From: Planctomycetota bacterium
GTDB lineage: Bacteria; Planctomycetota; GCA-002687715; DRQF01
DNA length: 64,000 bases
Reading direction: 5' to 3'
Assembly (NCBI GenBank): GCA_036479435.1
Contig: JAZGFI010000117.1
Location: 30,615-94,614, forward strand
In this document: positions 1-10,454 of the stretch, one piece after another
How positions within the stretch are numbered: the first letter of the stretch is position 1
Layout of the letters: each line of letters starts with the position of its first letter
Program-made: the position numbers and the translations under genes
The notes under the pieces: model-generated
What the model was told of the DNA's origin: nothing
Seen by the model: only the letters and a program-made list of their open reading frames with translations
The model's database searches: none

Positions 1-280
1 AAAACAGCAGCATCATGAGCGCATAGGCGAATACCTGTGCCGCGGATCTTGCCGGCCGCTCAAGGTCTTTGTCGGCGGTCGCCGTAAAGACGCGAAGTGT
101 TTCAAAGACGGTGCCGCCCACCAGCACGTAAAAAAAAGCCGTCCGAAAGTCCAACCAGGGCACATCGTGAGCCCACTGATCCGACGCGATCCACAGCGCG
201 GCGGCGGCCCAAAGGACCGATGCCAGCGCTGATTCTCCTACTTTTTCGAGCCATTTGTGCTCTTCAGCCCATCGTGCCAT
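1..280 (-). CDS. Small integral membrane protein (3' end beyond window); candidate immunity protein
   Basis: Not in the ORF track. ATG at 280 after a GAAAGGG RBS. Translates MARWAEEHKWLEKVGESALASVLWAAAALWIA...FFYVLVGGTVF...VFAYALMMLLF, with about 3 hydrophobic segments, and stays open to the window edge. Confidence 0.65.
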   Translation of the reverse strand, partial: MARWAEEHKWLEKVGESALASVLWAAAALWIASDQWAHDVPWLDFRTAFFYVLVGGTVFETLRVFTATADKDLERPARSAAQVFAYALMMLLF

Positions 281-300
281 GAATCGCGTCCCTTTCTTAT

Positions 301-1200
301 TCAACTACGAAGTTGATCGACAACTTCCCAAATCACACCGCCGATGAAGATCGCCCACCCGATGAAGGGAATGAACTTTGAGCTGAGCTTCGCGAGTATC
401 TTACCCGAAGCTTGGCGTCCGAGATGCTTAGCGAGGGCTCGTGCAAAAGTCTTGCTGATGATCTTCCCCATCATGCGCTTGACGATCCTTCCCGCCTTTC
501 GGTACTTGCCGCGATCGACGGCCTTAGTGAGTTTCCCTGGCAGACTTCCGAGGACTTCTTTCACCGCCGCGATGAATCCTTTTTGTGCGGCGGGGCTAAC
601 GCCCAAGAGCGCCATGATCTTGACAATAAACAAGTTGACGTGTGGTCCGCTGACCATGTCAACGACGGTGGGGTCGAATAGCGCGAGGTATTGAGCACCG
701 GTGCTGGCTTGGCCATCGGTAAATACCAACAGATGCGCGGCTTCGTTTGCCAGAAATTCGGCGTGCGTCGGCAAGGTGAGATCAAAAATGGGGATCTGCT
801 CGCCGTAGACATCTTGGGTTTGCGCGAGGTCAATCCCCAAGATCTGACACCAATTCGCCAGGTCTTCGAGGCTATCGCGGTAGTAGTTGAACCCGTCCTC
901 CGTGAGGCTTGGAATCGGGTACAACGCTGGATCGGGATAGTGATCCTCCATGCCATCGAGCAGGTTGGCGATAGCTGCCGTCGCTTCTTGCGGTGTCTGC
1001 ACCGGGTCTTGGCCGTCGCCATCTTGATCTTGGAATCCGAAGGAGAGCCCCGCTGAATTTGGAACTTCCGTCAGATTTGCGGCAACACTCGGGTCCTCGG
1101 TATTGGCCCGACTAGGGCTGACCGAGTCCCCGAGAGCCGCCCACGTGCTCACTGCGAGCGTCATCGCCGCCACCACTTTCATCTTCGATACAAAATTCAT
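301..1200 (-). CDS. Secreted hypothetical protein with acidic N-region and cationic amphipathic C-terminus (bacteriocin-like precursor?)
   Basis: Signal peptide, D/E-rich middle, K/R-rich helical tail ending KFIPFIGWAIFIGGVIW. Confidence 0.6.
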   Translation of the reverse strand: MNFVSKMKVVAAMTLAVSTWAALGDSVSPSRANTEDPSVAANLTEVPNSAGLSFGFQDQDGDGQDPVQTPQEATAAIANLLDGMEDHYPDPALYPIPSLTEDGFNYYRDSLEDLANWCQILGIDLAQTQDVYGEQIPIFDLTLPTHAEFLANEAAHLLVFTDGQASTGAQYLALFDPTVVDMVSGPHVNLFIVKIMALLGVSPAAQKGFIAAVKEVLGSLPGKLTKAVDRGKYRKAGRIVKRMMGKIISKTFARALAKHLGRQASGKILAKLSSKFIPFIGWAIFIGGVIWEVVDQLRS

Positions 1201-1395
1201 GATGATTCACTTTCTTTACAATCGCCTGGAGCCAGCGGTGTCTTCAACTGCATAGACGTCACTTTTTGGCGACAGGACCGCAGGGAGGAGTGATTTTGTC
1301 GGGCTGAGCATTTCTTTTCGTTCGGGCTCATGCCTCGAATAAGTGGTCGCGCGTCGTTAAAAGGGGTGACACCAGATTCGCCGGGGAAGAACGCC

Positions 1396-2958
1396 ATGAA
1401 GAAGCTTGAGAATTACCTCCAAGACCGCTGGATTTCCGGAGAGGGAAGCCAGGCGACCCTCCTCGATCCCGCCACCGGGGAGGCCTTGGCCGAAACGAGC
1501 ACGGCTGGCCTTGATTTCGCGGCGGCGCTCAAGCACTCCAGAGAGCTTGGGGGTCGGGCCTTGAGAGCCATGACCTTCGCCGAACGCGGCAAGCTTTTGA
1601 TGGCCATGAGTCGAGCGATTCACGCCGAACGCGAGGCCCTCATCGACGTGTCGATGAAAAACGGTGGCAACACTCGCGGCGACGCGAAGTTTGATATCGA
1701 CGGGGGCACGGGCACTTTGGCGGTTTATGCCAAGTTGGGCGAGAAACTCGGTGATACGCGTCACTGGTTAGATGGCGAGGCCGAAGACATGGGGGCGAGT
1801 TCCCGCATGCAGGGCCGCCACCTTCGTGTGCCGCGCCGTGGTTTGGCGATTCACCTCAATGCCTTCAATTTCCCCGCCTGGGGCATGCTCGAAAAAGTCG
1901 CTTGCGCGTTTCTCGCGGGCGTTCCGGTCATCAGCAAGCCGTCCACGAACACTTGCTTGCTCGCGCATCGAATTGTCGAGGTCTTGGTGGATTCGAAGGT
2001 GCTCCCTGATGGGGCCTTTGGACTGGTCTGCGGAAGTGCCGGTGATCTTTTGGATCACGTCGGCTTCCAAGATTGCATTGCCTTCACGGGTTCGGCGCGG
2101 ACGGGCAACATCATCCGCACCCATCCTGCCGTGTTGCGGTCGGGGGCTCGCGTGAACGTCGAAGCCGACAGTCTGAACGCCGCGGTCTTAGGCCCGGACG
2201 TCGAAGTGGATACCGACACTTTTGATTTGTTTCTCCGCGACGTGACGACCGAAATCCGCCAGAAGGCCGGACAGAAATGCACGGCCATTCGCCGCGTTTT
2301 GGTGCCGAAGGAGAAGATGGCGGCGGTCAAAGAGAAGCTCGCCGAACAACTTCAGGGCACAGTGGTGGGGGTTCCCGGCGCCGACAAAGTGCGCATGGGG
2401 CCACTATCTGGTCCGCGCCAGCTTGAAGACGCGCGGGCGAATCTCGCCCGACTTCGCGAAGTCGCGGAAGTCGTCTATGGCGACCCCGATGCGAGCGATT
2501 TCGTCGGCGACGAGGAAGGCAAGGGCGCTTTCATGCCCATCTTGGTCTTAGAGGCCGCCGATGCGCGCAAGGCGGCAGCGGTGCATGAAGTCGAGTGCTT
2601 CGGGCCGGTCACAACCTTGATGCCCTACGACGGTAGCGCGGACGATGGTGCCGCTATTGTGGCGCTCGGCGAAGGCAGCCTCGTGACGACTTTCTACAGT
2701 GACGATCGAAAGTTCGCGGCTGAGTTCATCGAAGCCTGTGCTTCTTACCAAGGCCGATTGGTGTGGGGGTCAGAACGTGTTGCCGCCGCGGCGCCGACGC
2801 CGGGAGTGGTGTTGCCCAATTTCTTGCACGGCGGGCCGGGTCGCGCCGGCGGCGGCGAGGAGCTGGGTGGTTTGCGCGGGCTTGAGTTTTACTCCCAACG
2901 CGTCGCGGTCCAAGGTTTCGGACCTTTGCTGGATCGCTTCTTTGGGGTGAAGAAGTAG
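1396..2958 (+). CDS. Aldehyde dehydrogenase of the PaaZ-N/BoxD (3,4-dehydroadipyl-CoA semialdehyde dehydrogenase) type, without MaoC domain
   Basis: NAFNFPAWGMLEK, FTGSA, EADSLN, KAGQKCTAIRR and HGGPGRAGGGEELGG motifs. Confidence 0.85.
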   Translation: MKKLENYLQDRWISGEGSQATLLDPATGEALAETSTAGLDFAAALKHSRELGGRALRAMTFAERGKLLMAMSRAIHAEREALIDVSMKNGGNTRGDAKFDIDGGTGTLAVYAKLGEKLGDTRHWLDGEAEDMGASSRMQGRHLRVPRRGLAIHLNAFNFPAWGMLEKVACAFLAGVPVISKPSTNTCLLAHRIVEVLVDSKVLPDGAFGLVCGSAGDLLDHVGFQDCIAFTGSARTGNIIRTHPAVLRSGARVNVEADSLNAAVLGPDVEVDTDTFDLFLRDVTTEIRQKAGQKCTAIRRVLVPKEKMAAVKEKLAEQLQGTVVGVPGADKVRMGPLSGPRQLEDARANLARLREVAEVVYGDPDASDFVGDEEGKGAFMPILVLEAADARKAAAVHEVECFGPVTTLMPYDGSADDGAAIVALGEGSLVTTFYSDDRKFAAEFIEACASYQGRLVWGSERVAAAAPTPGVVLPNFLHGGPGRAGGGEELGGLRGLEFYSQRVAVQGFGPLLDRFFGVKK

Positions 2959-2986
2959 GCCTGAGAAAAGCGCGTTCCTGAGATAG

Positions 2987-3026
2987 AAAAAAACGAGCCG
3001 ATGGCGAAGGCCATCAGCTCGTTTTT
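2987..3026. terminator. Bidirectional intrinsic terminator between the ALDH gene and selC
   Basis: AAAAACGAGC-CGATGGC-GAAG-GCCATC-A-GCTCGTTTTT hairpin with A and T tracts, between convergent genes. Confidence 0.75.
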
Positions 3027-3029
3027 GTT

Positions 3030-3127
3030 TGGCGGGAGTGCATGGGAATCGAACCCACCGAACGAGTTATTTGCTCGTTCCACCGGATTTGAAATCCGAA
3101 CCCGGCACCAGCACGAGAACCACTCCC
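3030..3127 (-). tRNA. selC: tRNA-Sec (UCA)
   Basis: 98-nt cloverleaf with anticodon loop TTTCAAA, long variable arm GAACGAG/CTCGTTC, TTCGATT T-loop and GCCA end; lies downstream of selA-selD. Confidence 0.95.
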
Positions 3128-3196
3128 TCTGATTGTCTGCTGCGCATGTTTCTAAGGCATTGTCCTTCGGGGCGCAAGCGCCGGCCGAAAGGCCCC

Positions 3197-4243
3197 TTAG
3201 CGAATTCGCACGATGGCCTCGTCCTCGGCTTTGACGACCGTGCCAATTCGGGCCGCTTCTTCGAGTCCCTCGGACTTCATGCCGGCAAGGACTTTTTCGA
3301 CTTGGTCTTCAGGCAAAGCGACGAGGAGGCCTCCAGATGTCTGAGGGTCAAACAAAAGTTCTTCGGACCAGCGATCGAGGTCGGTCTCAATGCGGGCAGC
3401 TGTGCCGACGTATTCCCGGCTTTCGCGAGCTCCGCGGGTGCAATATTGCTCCTGGAAGTAGTCTTCGACGCCCTTGATGCGAGGTACGCTCGCGGCGTCG
3501 ATGAGAAGGGCCGCGCCGCTTTTCTCCACCAATTCCCGGGCGTGGCCGATCAAGCCAAAGCCGGTGATGTCGGTCGCGGCCGAGACCGAAGCTTCCAACA
3601 AGTACTCAAGACCCTTGCCGTTTAAAGTGGTCATCCAGCGAATGGCCTCTTGGACGGTGGGGCCATTGTCCTTTGAAAGCTTGGTGGCGCTCGTGATGAT
3701 TCCGGTGCCGATTGGCTTGGTCAGGATGAGAGCATCCCCGATGCGAACTTTGCCGTTCGCCCAAATGTGGTCGGGGTGGACTTCGCCGGTGACGGCTAAG
3801 CCGTATTTGATCTCGGCATCCTCCACCGAGTGGCCGCCGCCGATGAGGGCTCCTGCTTCTTTCACCTTGCGTGCGCCGCCTTCGAGGATGGCGCCCAAGA
3901 TATCGAGCGAGAGTTGTTTTGACGGAAAACCCACGATATTGAGAGCCACGAGGGGCCGGCCGCCCATGGCGAAGACGTCGGATAGGGCGTTGGCCGCAGC
4001 GACTTCTCCGAACTGGTAGGGATCGTCGACCATCGGCGGGAAAAAGTCAGTGGTCATCACCAGGGCGCGGTCGTCACTGATTTTATAAACCGCCGCGTCA
4101 TCGGCACCCCCAAAACCCACTAAGAGATTCGGATCGTCGCTTCGTTCAATACGTCCCAAGACCTGGGACAAACCCTCCGGGGAGAGCTTGGCCGCTCAGC
4201 CGCCAGAACTTGCGTATTCGGTGAGCCGGATGTCTTGGCTCAT
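3197..4243 (-). CDS. selD: Selenide, water dikinase SelD; selenoprotein with in-frame UGA at codon 16
   Basis: ATG 4243 overlaps the selA stop (ATGA). Reads MSQDIRLTEYASSGG-U-AAKLSP with TGA at 4196-4198. DDAAV, TTDFF, ANALSDVFAMGG, DITGFGL and DPQTSGGLL motifs. Confidence 0.95.
4153..4169 (-). promoter_or_regulatory. SECIS-like hairpin of selD
   Basis: GTCCCA-GGTCT-TGGGAC begins 26 nt after the UGA. The apical CAGGTCT resembles the E. coli fdhF SECIS loop. Confidence 0.7.
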
Positions 4244-5658
4244 GACGCGTCCTCCGACAAGATTTCGATGAGCGCTTGCTCAACGATGGCTTCGTCGCCA
4301 TCGCGCATCGTCCTGAGGTCGAACAAGATTCGATCGTCCTGAATTCGGGGAAAAATTGAAATCGGGCGCTGGCGGAGAGCGCGGGCAATCTTGTCGGCGC
4401 TGTGGCCTACAGGTTGTACCGCCAAACAGCGCGTTGGAATTTGGAAAGTTGGCAAGCTGCCGGCGCCGAGTTGGCTTGTGGACTCAATCACTTCAGGTTT
4501 AGCCGCGTCGGGAAGGATCTTCTTAAGACGTTTCACAAAGACCTCGGCTTTTTTTTGTAGCCCGTCAACTCCCGCCGTCAACATGCCTAAAGTTGGGACA
4601 CGTTGGAGCACGGTTTCAGGTTCAAGATAGAGTTTGAGAGTGCTTTCCAAGGCAATGCAGGTGAGCTTGTCGATGCGAAGCGCCCGCGCCATGTGGTTGG
4701 AGCGGATGCGTTCGATCCAGGCTTTTTTGCCGACGATAATCCCGGCCTGGGGACCGCCCACTAATTTGTCACCCGAAAAGCAGATGACATCCGCTTGTGC
4801 TTTTACACTCGCTTGCACCGGAGGGTTGTCGCTGATGCCCCAGGGGCTGAGATCGATCAGACTTCCAGACCCGAGATCGTCGATGACCGGAATGTCGTGC
4901 TTTTTTCCCAAGGCCACCATGTCTTCGATGCCGACATGCTCGACAAACCCGATGATCTTGTAGTTGCTCGTATGGACGAGCATCAGCGCTCCAGTTTCTT
5001 CGTGGATTGCGCGCTCATAGTCGTAGACGTAGGACTTGTTGGTTGTGCCGACTTCACGAAGTTTACAGCCGCTCATTTCCATGACATCAGGGAGGCGGAA
5101 TGAACCCCCGATCTCGACCATCTGGGAACGCGACACGATGACGTCTTTGTCCTTCGCCAAAGTGTTGAGAATGATCATGGTGGCGGCCGCGTTGTTGTTG
5201 ACCACGATGGCCGCCTCCGCGCCGGTGAGCTCGCAGAGCAAGTCCTCACAAAAGGCGTCGCGCTTGCGCCGGTTGCCGTCTTCTTTGGCGACCTCGAGCA
5301 GATTGTAGCGCTCGGCGGTGGAGATCTCGGCGATGGCGGCGGCCGGCAAGACGGCGCGGCCGAGCCCCGAGTGCAAAATGATCCCGGTTGCGTTGACCAC
5401 GCGGCAAGTGCGAGATCGCGGCCAAGCCTCCAAGGCGATTTCTAATTCCCTCAAAATCGCGTCCATTCCTGGGGCGAGCTCTCGCGACCCGGACAGCAAG
5501 TCGCTACGGACAGATTGAAGGAGGGTGCGGGCGAGGTGGCCGATCAAAGTGGGAGAGACCTTTTTGGAGGTCTTTCGAGCGTGTGCTTCGATGATCGCGC
5601 CAACCGCCGGTAAGGACCGCAATCGTTGCTGGAGTTCGGACTTGGGACTCGCGGACAA
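4240..5658 (-). CDS. selA: L-seryl-tRNA(Sec) selenium transferase
   Basis: VVNATGIILHSGLGRA, VNNNAAA, EIGGSFRLPD, EVGTTN, DLGSG and FSGDKLVGGPQAG (PLP lysine) motifs. Confidence 0.95.
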   Translation of the reverse strand: MSASPKSELQQRLRSLPAVGAIIEAHARKTSKKVSPTLIGHLARTLLQSVRSDLLSGSRELAPGMDAILRELEIALEAWPRSRTCRVVNATGIILHSGLGRAVLPAAAIAEISTAERYNLLEVAKEDGNRRKRDAFCEDLLCELTGAEAAIVVNNNAAATMIILNTLAKDKDVIVSRSQMVEIGGSFRLPDVMEMSGCKLREVGTTNKSYVYDYERAIHEETGALMLVHTSNYKIIGFVEHVGIEDMVALGKKHDIPVIDDLGSGSLIDLSPWGISDNPPVQASVKAQADVICFSGDKLVGGPQAGIIVGKKAWIERIRSNHMARALRIDKLTCIALESTLKLYLEPETVLQRVPTLGMLTAGVDGLQKKAEVFVKRLKKILPDAAKPEVIESTSQLGAGSLPTFQIPTRCLAVQPVGHSADKIARALRQRPISIFPRIQDDRILFDLRTMRDGDEAIVEQALIEILSEDAS

Positions 5659-5893
5659 AAAACGCCTCCTGTTCGTCGTCAGGGCCTATGAATGTAAGCT
5701 CATCATGACGGCCTTGGCCATGGATGCCAAGCCGGTCCCGGGTCCTTGAACCGTGGAACGCCGCGAGGCCGGCAGAAATTGCGTTTTCTTCCTATCCTCT
5801 GATGGGCTCCCTTCATAGGATCGTCGCGGATAACCGATAGGATGGATCGAAGTGATCCCTTTTTCGGGGGATCCGCAGGGAGATTTGAGCGAC

Positions 5894-6664
5894 ATGCCCA
5901 CCTTAATCCGTCGGATTTCGCAGGTTACGGCCTTGCTGGCCACGTTTTGGCTCGTTGCCGGCTGCCAGGGCACGGGGGACCGTCTTGAGGTCCCAACGCC
6001 GAGCGCCGACCGATTTGCGGGCATGACCCTTAGTTGCCTCTACGCGACGTCAATCAATCACATCGTTGCAGGCGGTTGGCTCGACGGCAAAGATGGCAGC
6101 GTCGAGGCGATCATCGTCCGGAGCTGGAACGGCGGCAAAACCTGGAAGCGGATTGGCTCCGAAACCTGGGATCAGCGCGATTTCATCGTGCAGAACCTCC
6201 ATTTCAACGATCGCATTCGGGGCTGGGCCTCGGGTTTGCGCATTCTCGAAACCGGCCCGGTCGCGACCGTCGCCCGCACCGAAGACGGTGGTGGGCACTG
6301 GCGAGAATCCGTCATTCCTGAATCTCGCGCCTCATTTGTGTCGAACACCCGAGAGCTCGTGTTTGTGACCGACAGTGTTGGTGCCGTCGAAATCGTCTTT
6401 GAAGACCACGACACCGGCGAGTTTTTGGCCAACGTCTACACCACGAGCGACGGTGGCCGGAATTGGATCATCGATAGCTTCAAAGAGCAGGCTGAGGACG
6501 ACATCACGGACCCCGCGATCTCGTTTTTCTCGGAGAGCCAGGGTTATCGCCTTTCGAGCCCTAACGAAGATGGGGTGCAGACGGTGGAATACACCGTGAC
6601 AAAGGGCGAAACTTGGGTTGTCGTCGCTTCCCTCCACCTTCAGCGTTTTTCAGAATTCTATTAG
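5894..6664 (+). CDS. Lipoprotein with BNR/Asp-box repeats (beta-propeller)
   Basis: Lipobox LVAGC; repeats [32 protein letters not shown]. Confidence 0.7.
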   Translation: MPTLIRRISQVTALLATFWLVAGCQGTGDRLEVPTPSADRFAGMTLSCLYATSINHIVAGGWLDGKDGSVEAIIVRSWNGGKTWKRIGSETWDQRDFIVQNLHFNDRIRGWASGLRILETGPVATVARTEDGGGHWRESVIPESRASFVSNTRELVFVTDSVGAVEIVFEDHDTGEFLANVYTTSDGGRNWIIDSFKEQAEDDITDPAISFFSESQGYRLSSPNEDGVQTVEYTVTKGETWVVVASLHLQRFSEFY

Positions 6665-6724
6665 CCGACACTTAGAGTTGATGGGCTAGCCTTCCTTGCG
6701 GATAATCCGCGACGCAATTCAAAA

Positions 6725-6798
6725 CGGGGTGTAGCGCAGCCTGGCAGCGCATCTGCTTTGGGAGCAGAGGGTCGGAGGTTCGAATCCTCTCACCCCGA
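6725..6798 (+). tRNA. tRNA-Pro (UGG); CCA not encoded
   Basis: CGGGGTG...TCTGC-TTTGGGA-GCAGA...GGTTCGAATCC...CACCCCGA cloverleaf. Confidence 0.95.
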
Positions 6799-6833
6799 CT
6801 TGTCCCAGTACTCTCTGACGAGAACGATCCGTC

Positions 6834-7865
6834 ATGGCGAGGAGAAATGGGCTTTTGCTCATCAACTTGGGCACGCCAGATTCGACGGACGTCGAGGACG
6901 TTCGTCAGTTTCTGAGCGAGTTTTTGGGCGATCCTCTGGTTTTGGGGGGATTCAGCCTCAGCCGCAAGGCACTGGTGAATCTCCTCATTTGCCCGCTGCG
7001 CGGCCCTCGGTCGGCGGCGGCCTACGAAAAAGTCTGGACTGAGGCCGGTTCTCCCATCGCCGTTCACGGTCGCGAGCTGCGCGACAAGGTCGCGGCAGCC
7101 CTCCCCAACACCGTCGTCACTTTGGCTATGCGCTACCGCGTGCCCTCCATCGCCGCTGCTTTGGCCGAGCTTCGGGCTCAAGGTGCCGATTCTTTGGTGG
7201 TCTTGCCGCTATTTCCCCAGTTTTCGTCTTCGACCACCGAATCCATCATCCAGGATCTTAGTGCACGGCATCAGCGGATGGGCCGTCCCTTCGCTCTGAA
7301 GTTCATCCGAGATTTCTACGAGCATCCCGCGTTCATCGAGGCTGCGGCCGCCGTGGCTCGACCGATCCTCGACCGTTTCCAGCCCGACCTTCTGCTCATG
7401 AGCTACCACGGGGTCCCGGAAGACTACCTTCGCAAAGACGATCCCAGCGGAAGCCGCTGCCTGTGGTCGGCCGAATGTTGTGACAGCATCGACGAGGTCA
7501 ACCGTTCCTGCTACCGCGCGCAATGCTTCGCGACTTCCCGCGCCCTCGCTAAGGCCTTGGCGCTCGACGAAGAATCATGGTGCGCGACTTTTCAGTCGCA
7601 GTTTGGTCCCAAGACTTGGACCGGCCCCGCCACCGCCAAGGTCATCGAAGACTTGCCGTCTAGGGGCATAAAAAAACTCGCGGTGATCTGCCCGGCCTTT
7701 GCCGCAGATTGTCTCGAAACCTTGGAGGAAGTTGGGATGGGCCTGAAGATAGCCTTCATTGAAAACGGCGGTGAATCTTTCGAACTCATCCCCTGCGTCA
7801 ACGCTCACGAGGCTTGGGTTGATGGGGTCGTTCAATTATTCCAGGAGTCTCTTGGCGCTGGCTGA
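6834..7865 (+). CDS. hemH: Ferrochelatase
   Basis: LLINLGTP, AMRY, LPLFPQFS, SYHGVP, FQSQFG and FAADCLETLEE motifs. Confidence 0.93.
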   Translation: MARRNGLLLINLGTPDSTDVEDVRQFLSEFLGDPLVLGGFSLSRKALVNLLICPLRGPRSAAAYEKVWTEAGSPIAVHGRELRDKVAAALPNTVVTLAMRYRVPSIAAALAELRAQGADSLVVLPLFPQFSSSTTESIIQDLSARHQRMGRPFALKFIRDFYEHPAFIEAAAAVARPILDRFQPDLLLMSYHGVPEDYLRKDDPSGSRCLWSAECCDSIDEVNRSCYRAQCFATSRALAKALALDEESWCATFQSQFGPKTWTGPATAKVIEDLPSRGIKKLAVICPAFAADCLETLEEVGMGLKIAFIENGGESFELIPCVNAHEAWVDGVVQLFQESLGAG

Positions 7866-8278
7866 ACCAAGCCCAGGTGATTCGGCACTAATCCGCTGGA
7901 TCTTTAAACCCTAGAACGCTGTGGCGTGTTAGTCGACGATCAAAAACTCAAGGTCGTGTTTAGCGAACAACGCGAGCATTTTTCAATCATGGTCTGAGAA
8001 TACCAGACCTCAATTCTACCGAGGTCAAAACCTAGTCCGGCCTGAGAGAGTAGAGATGGTTGTAGCTGCGGAGGATGGACTCTAAGATCCAGGCTACTTT
8101 GCCTACCCCAAGAAGCTTTTTCGCCTGATGCAGATCAAAAAAAAGAGGCCCATGTCTTGCAACATGGACCCCAGTCAAAAACTTCGCTTCTTGCCCTCTC
8201 TGGCACGGCGCAATGACTTGAGGGGAGGCGGTGTCGATACCGGAGCGAAAAAAACTACTTTTGTGGCAGAGGTGCGAG

Positions 8279-8878
8279 TCAGGCGAGAAAGTCGTCAATC
8301 GTGCCGAGTCGCAGAGAAAGCAGGAAGGCCTGGAGGCGTTCACTGGCAGCCTTGCAGCGTTTTCGCGCCGCGTCTTCGCTAATCCCAAGTTCTCGACCGA
8401 TATCAGAGTAGGACACCCGGTCGGCATGCCGGCGGATGTGGATGCGTCGTTCTTCGGGCCCCAAGAGTTCATAGCCCAGCCGGATCGCGGCGTCGCGCTC
8501 ACGAGCACTCAGTTCTTCGTCGGGTCGGCGTGATTTTGAGAGATCGAGAAGGGCCTCGTGTCCGCCGCTTTCTTTGAAGATTTCGCGTTTTCTGGATTCG
8601 AACCATTTGTGCTTATCACTGATGGTGGATTCGACGATGCGTGACATCAAGGCCCTAAACTGAGCGCCATTCGCGGGGATGACACGCGGCCCGTTGCGTA
8701 GAAAGTTCAGGACTGCATCCTGTGCAATGTCACGTGACTCCAACTTTGAGCGCAGCCGCGACCCCAGCCTCATGCGCGCCAGGCCCCGGATGCGGCTCAT
8801 ATGGCGTTTGAGCAGGTCGTCAAGTGCCTGCCCGTTGCCGTCGCGCCATTCAATTAAAAGCTGTGTTGTGCGCGACAT
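8279..8878 (-). CDS. ECF-type RNA polymerase sigma factor
   Basis: [32 protein letters not shown]; region 4 [19 protein letters not shown]. Confidence 0.85.
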   Translation of the reverse strand: MSRTTQLLIEWRDGNGQALDDLLKRHMSRIRGLARMRLGSRLRSKLESRDIAQDAVLNFLRNGPRVIPANGAQFRALMSRIVESTISDKHKWFESRKREIFKESGGHEALLDLSKSRRPDEELSARERDAAIRLGYELLGPEERRIHIRRHADRVSYSDIGRELGISEDAARKRCKAASERLQAFLLSLRLGTIDDFLA

Positions 8879-8987
8879 CGAGACCTTCCTCCGTTCCCTA
8901 AGTTGGTTCGAAGGAAATCTGCTAACATTTGCTCCGGTTTCGGCATTTAGCTCCCTTAGCTCGTTGTCCACTGGCTTGGAGTCTCCA

Positions 8988-10454
8988 ATGAGGTTTTCCG
9001 ACAACAACACACCACCGACACTCGACAGCCTATTCACGGAGTACGTCCACCGATTGGACGATGGCGCCGATGAAAGACTACTCGAATCGCTCATTGAGTC
9101 CTCGCCACCACATTTTCGCGGAGAACTCCGTATTCGCTGCCGAGATGCCTACTCCATTCAGTCTTTCTTCTCGCGAAAACCGATGCCGGGTGCCGTGGTG
9201 GAGCCCGGTAGTCAAATCGACGACTTCGAGATTATTGCGGAAATAGGCCATGGAGCTATGGGCACGGTCTACCGGGCGCGCCAACTTAGCCTAAACCGCG
9301 AGGTAGCGCTCAAAATTGTACACAGTCGATTGGCCTGGGATGATGAAGTCCTTGCCCGATTTCGGCGCGAAGGCTTGGCTCTGGCCGCGTTAGAGCACCC
9401 GGGAATTGTCAGAGTCTATTCGGTTGGAGATGACCGGGGCCGTCCGTTCTTGGCGATGCAGTTGGTTGAGGGCAATGTTTTGGACTCAAACGAGCTCCAG
9501 GCACGCTTGAACCCCGCCGATCCGCAGGCCATTCAATTGGCGGTAGGCATCGCGATTCAAGTCCTTGACTCCCTTGAGTGTGCCCACCGAGCAGGAATTG
9601 TTCACCGCGACGTCAAACCGGAAAACGTCGTCGTCACGGATTCCGGAAAAGCGACTTTGGTCGATTTCGGTCTCGCCGTATTCCGTGATCAGGTGCGCGC
9701 GACAGTCGCGGGACATGCGGTCGGCAGTCCGGCCTACATGAGCCCCGAGCGTCTTAACCTCAGCGCCGGTGACTTGCCGGTGGCCAGTGACGTTTGGTCC
9801 GTCGGAGTGTTGTTATTCGAAAGCCTCGCCGGGAAGTTGCCCTTTGGCGGCGACAATGCCGCCGAAGTCAGTCGCATGATCGCCACCACGCGCGCTCCCA
9901 ACTTGTGCAGCGTCGAAGCGACGGGAATCCCGAAGGCCCTCGCAGCCATTGTTCAGAAGGCCTTGGAACCCTCCAGGTCGCTGCGATTTGAGACGGCCAA
10001 AGACTTCGCGGACGACCTTCGAGCCTTTTTGCAGGACGGCCCGATCCAAGCGATGGGCCTCGGCCAACGTTGCCGCTCGCATTTCGCTGCATTTTCGACT
10101 CGATACGCAACCGTGGTCCTCGCGCTCTTGATCACGACTGTGGTGGCCTTCTCCATGAAGACGATTCGCAACGAGAGCCGGTCGAAGATAGCCAAGCTCC
10201 AAGCGGCGATTCTCATTGGCGAGACGACCGAGAGTCCCCTTGACGTCCGTCTGTCGATTCTCCTTGCCGAAAGCATGACCGAGGGGGTCAATGTTGTCGT
10301 AGAGCCCATCAATCATTTCGATGGGCGACGCGGAGCGGCCGTGAGTCTGGGGTCTTTGCCGGTCACCAATGCGTCCTTGAAACGGGGTGACTACTTGTTG
10401 CACTTCGTGTCCGATTCTGGACGACGAGCCGAGCTGTTTGAGAGCCTTCTATAG
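8988..10454 (+). CDS. Ser/Thr protein kinase; N-terminal part of a kinase-FGE fusion interrupted by an in-frame TAG
   Basis: [30 protein letters not shown] and DVWSVG motifs, plus a TM helix. Confidence 0.9.
   Translation: MRFSDNNTPPTLDSLFTEYVHRLDDGADERLLESLIESSPPHFRGELRIRCRDAYSIQSFFSRKPMPGAVVEPGSQIDDFEIIAEIGHGAMGTVYRARQLSLNREVALKIVHSRLAWDDEVLARFRREGLALAALEHPGIVRVYSVGDDRGRPFLAMQLVEGNVLDSNELQARLNPADPQAIQLAVGIAIQVLDSLECAHRAGIVHRDVKPENVVVTDSGKATLVDFGLAVFRDQVRATVAGHAVGSPAYMSPERLNLSAGDLPVASDVWSVGVLLFESLAGKLPFGGDNAAEVSRMIATTRAPNLCSVEATGIPKALAAIVQKALEPSRSLRFETAKDFADDLRAFLQDGPIQAMGLGQRCRSHFAAFSTRYATVVLALLITTVVAFSMKTIRNESRSKIAKLQAAILIGETTESPLDVRLSILLAESMTEGVNVVVEPINHFDGRRGAAVSLGSLPVTNASLKRGDYLLHFVSDSGRRAELFESLL

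Noticed and set aside
3030..3127. G-G mismatch at the base of the tRNA-Sec acceptor stem as a novel fold
   Set aside because: The rest fits the usual 8/5 bacterial tRNA-Sec, so one mismatch is not enough evidence.
3029..3625. 198-aa + strand ORF and many similar overlapping ORFs (e.g. 42058-42960, 57661-58575)
   Set aside because: These are shadow ORFs antisense to clear genes or RNAs, expected in GC-rich DNA, and show no motifs.
6725..6798. tRNA-Pro as an island integration site
   Set aside because: No duplicated tRNA 3' end or integrase is seen, and hemH follows directly.
8030..8100. CTGAGAG motif suggesting a hammerhead ribozyme or TPP riboswitch
   Set aside because: It lacks the CUGANGA/GAAA core and the TPP conserved elements.
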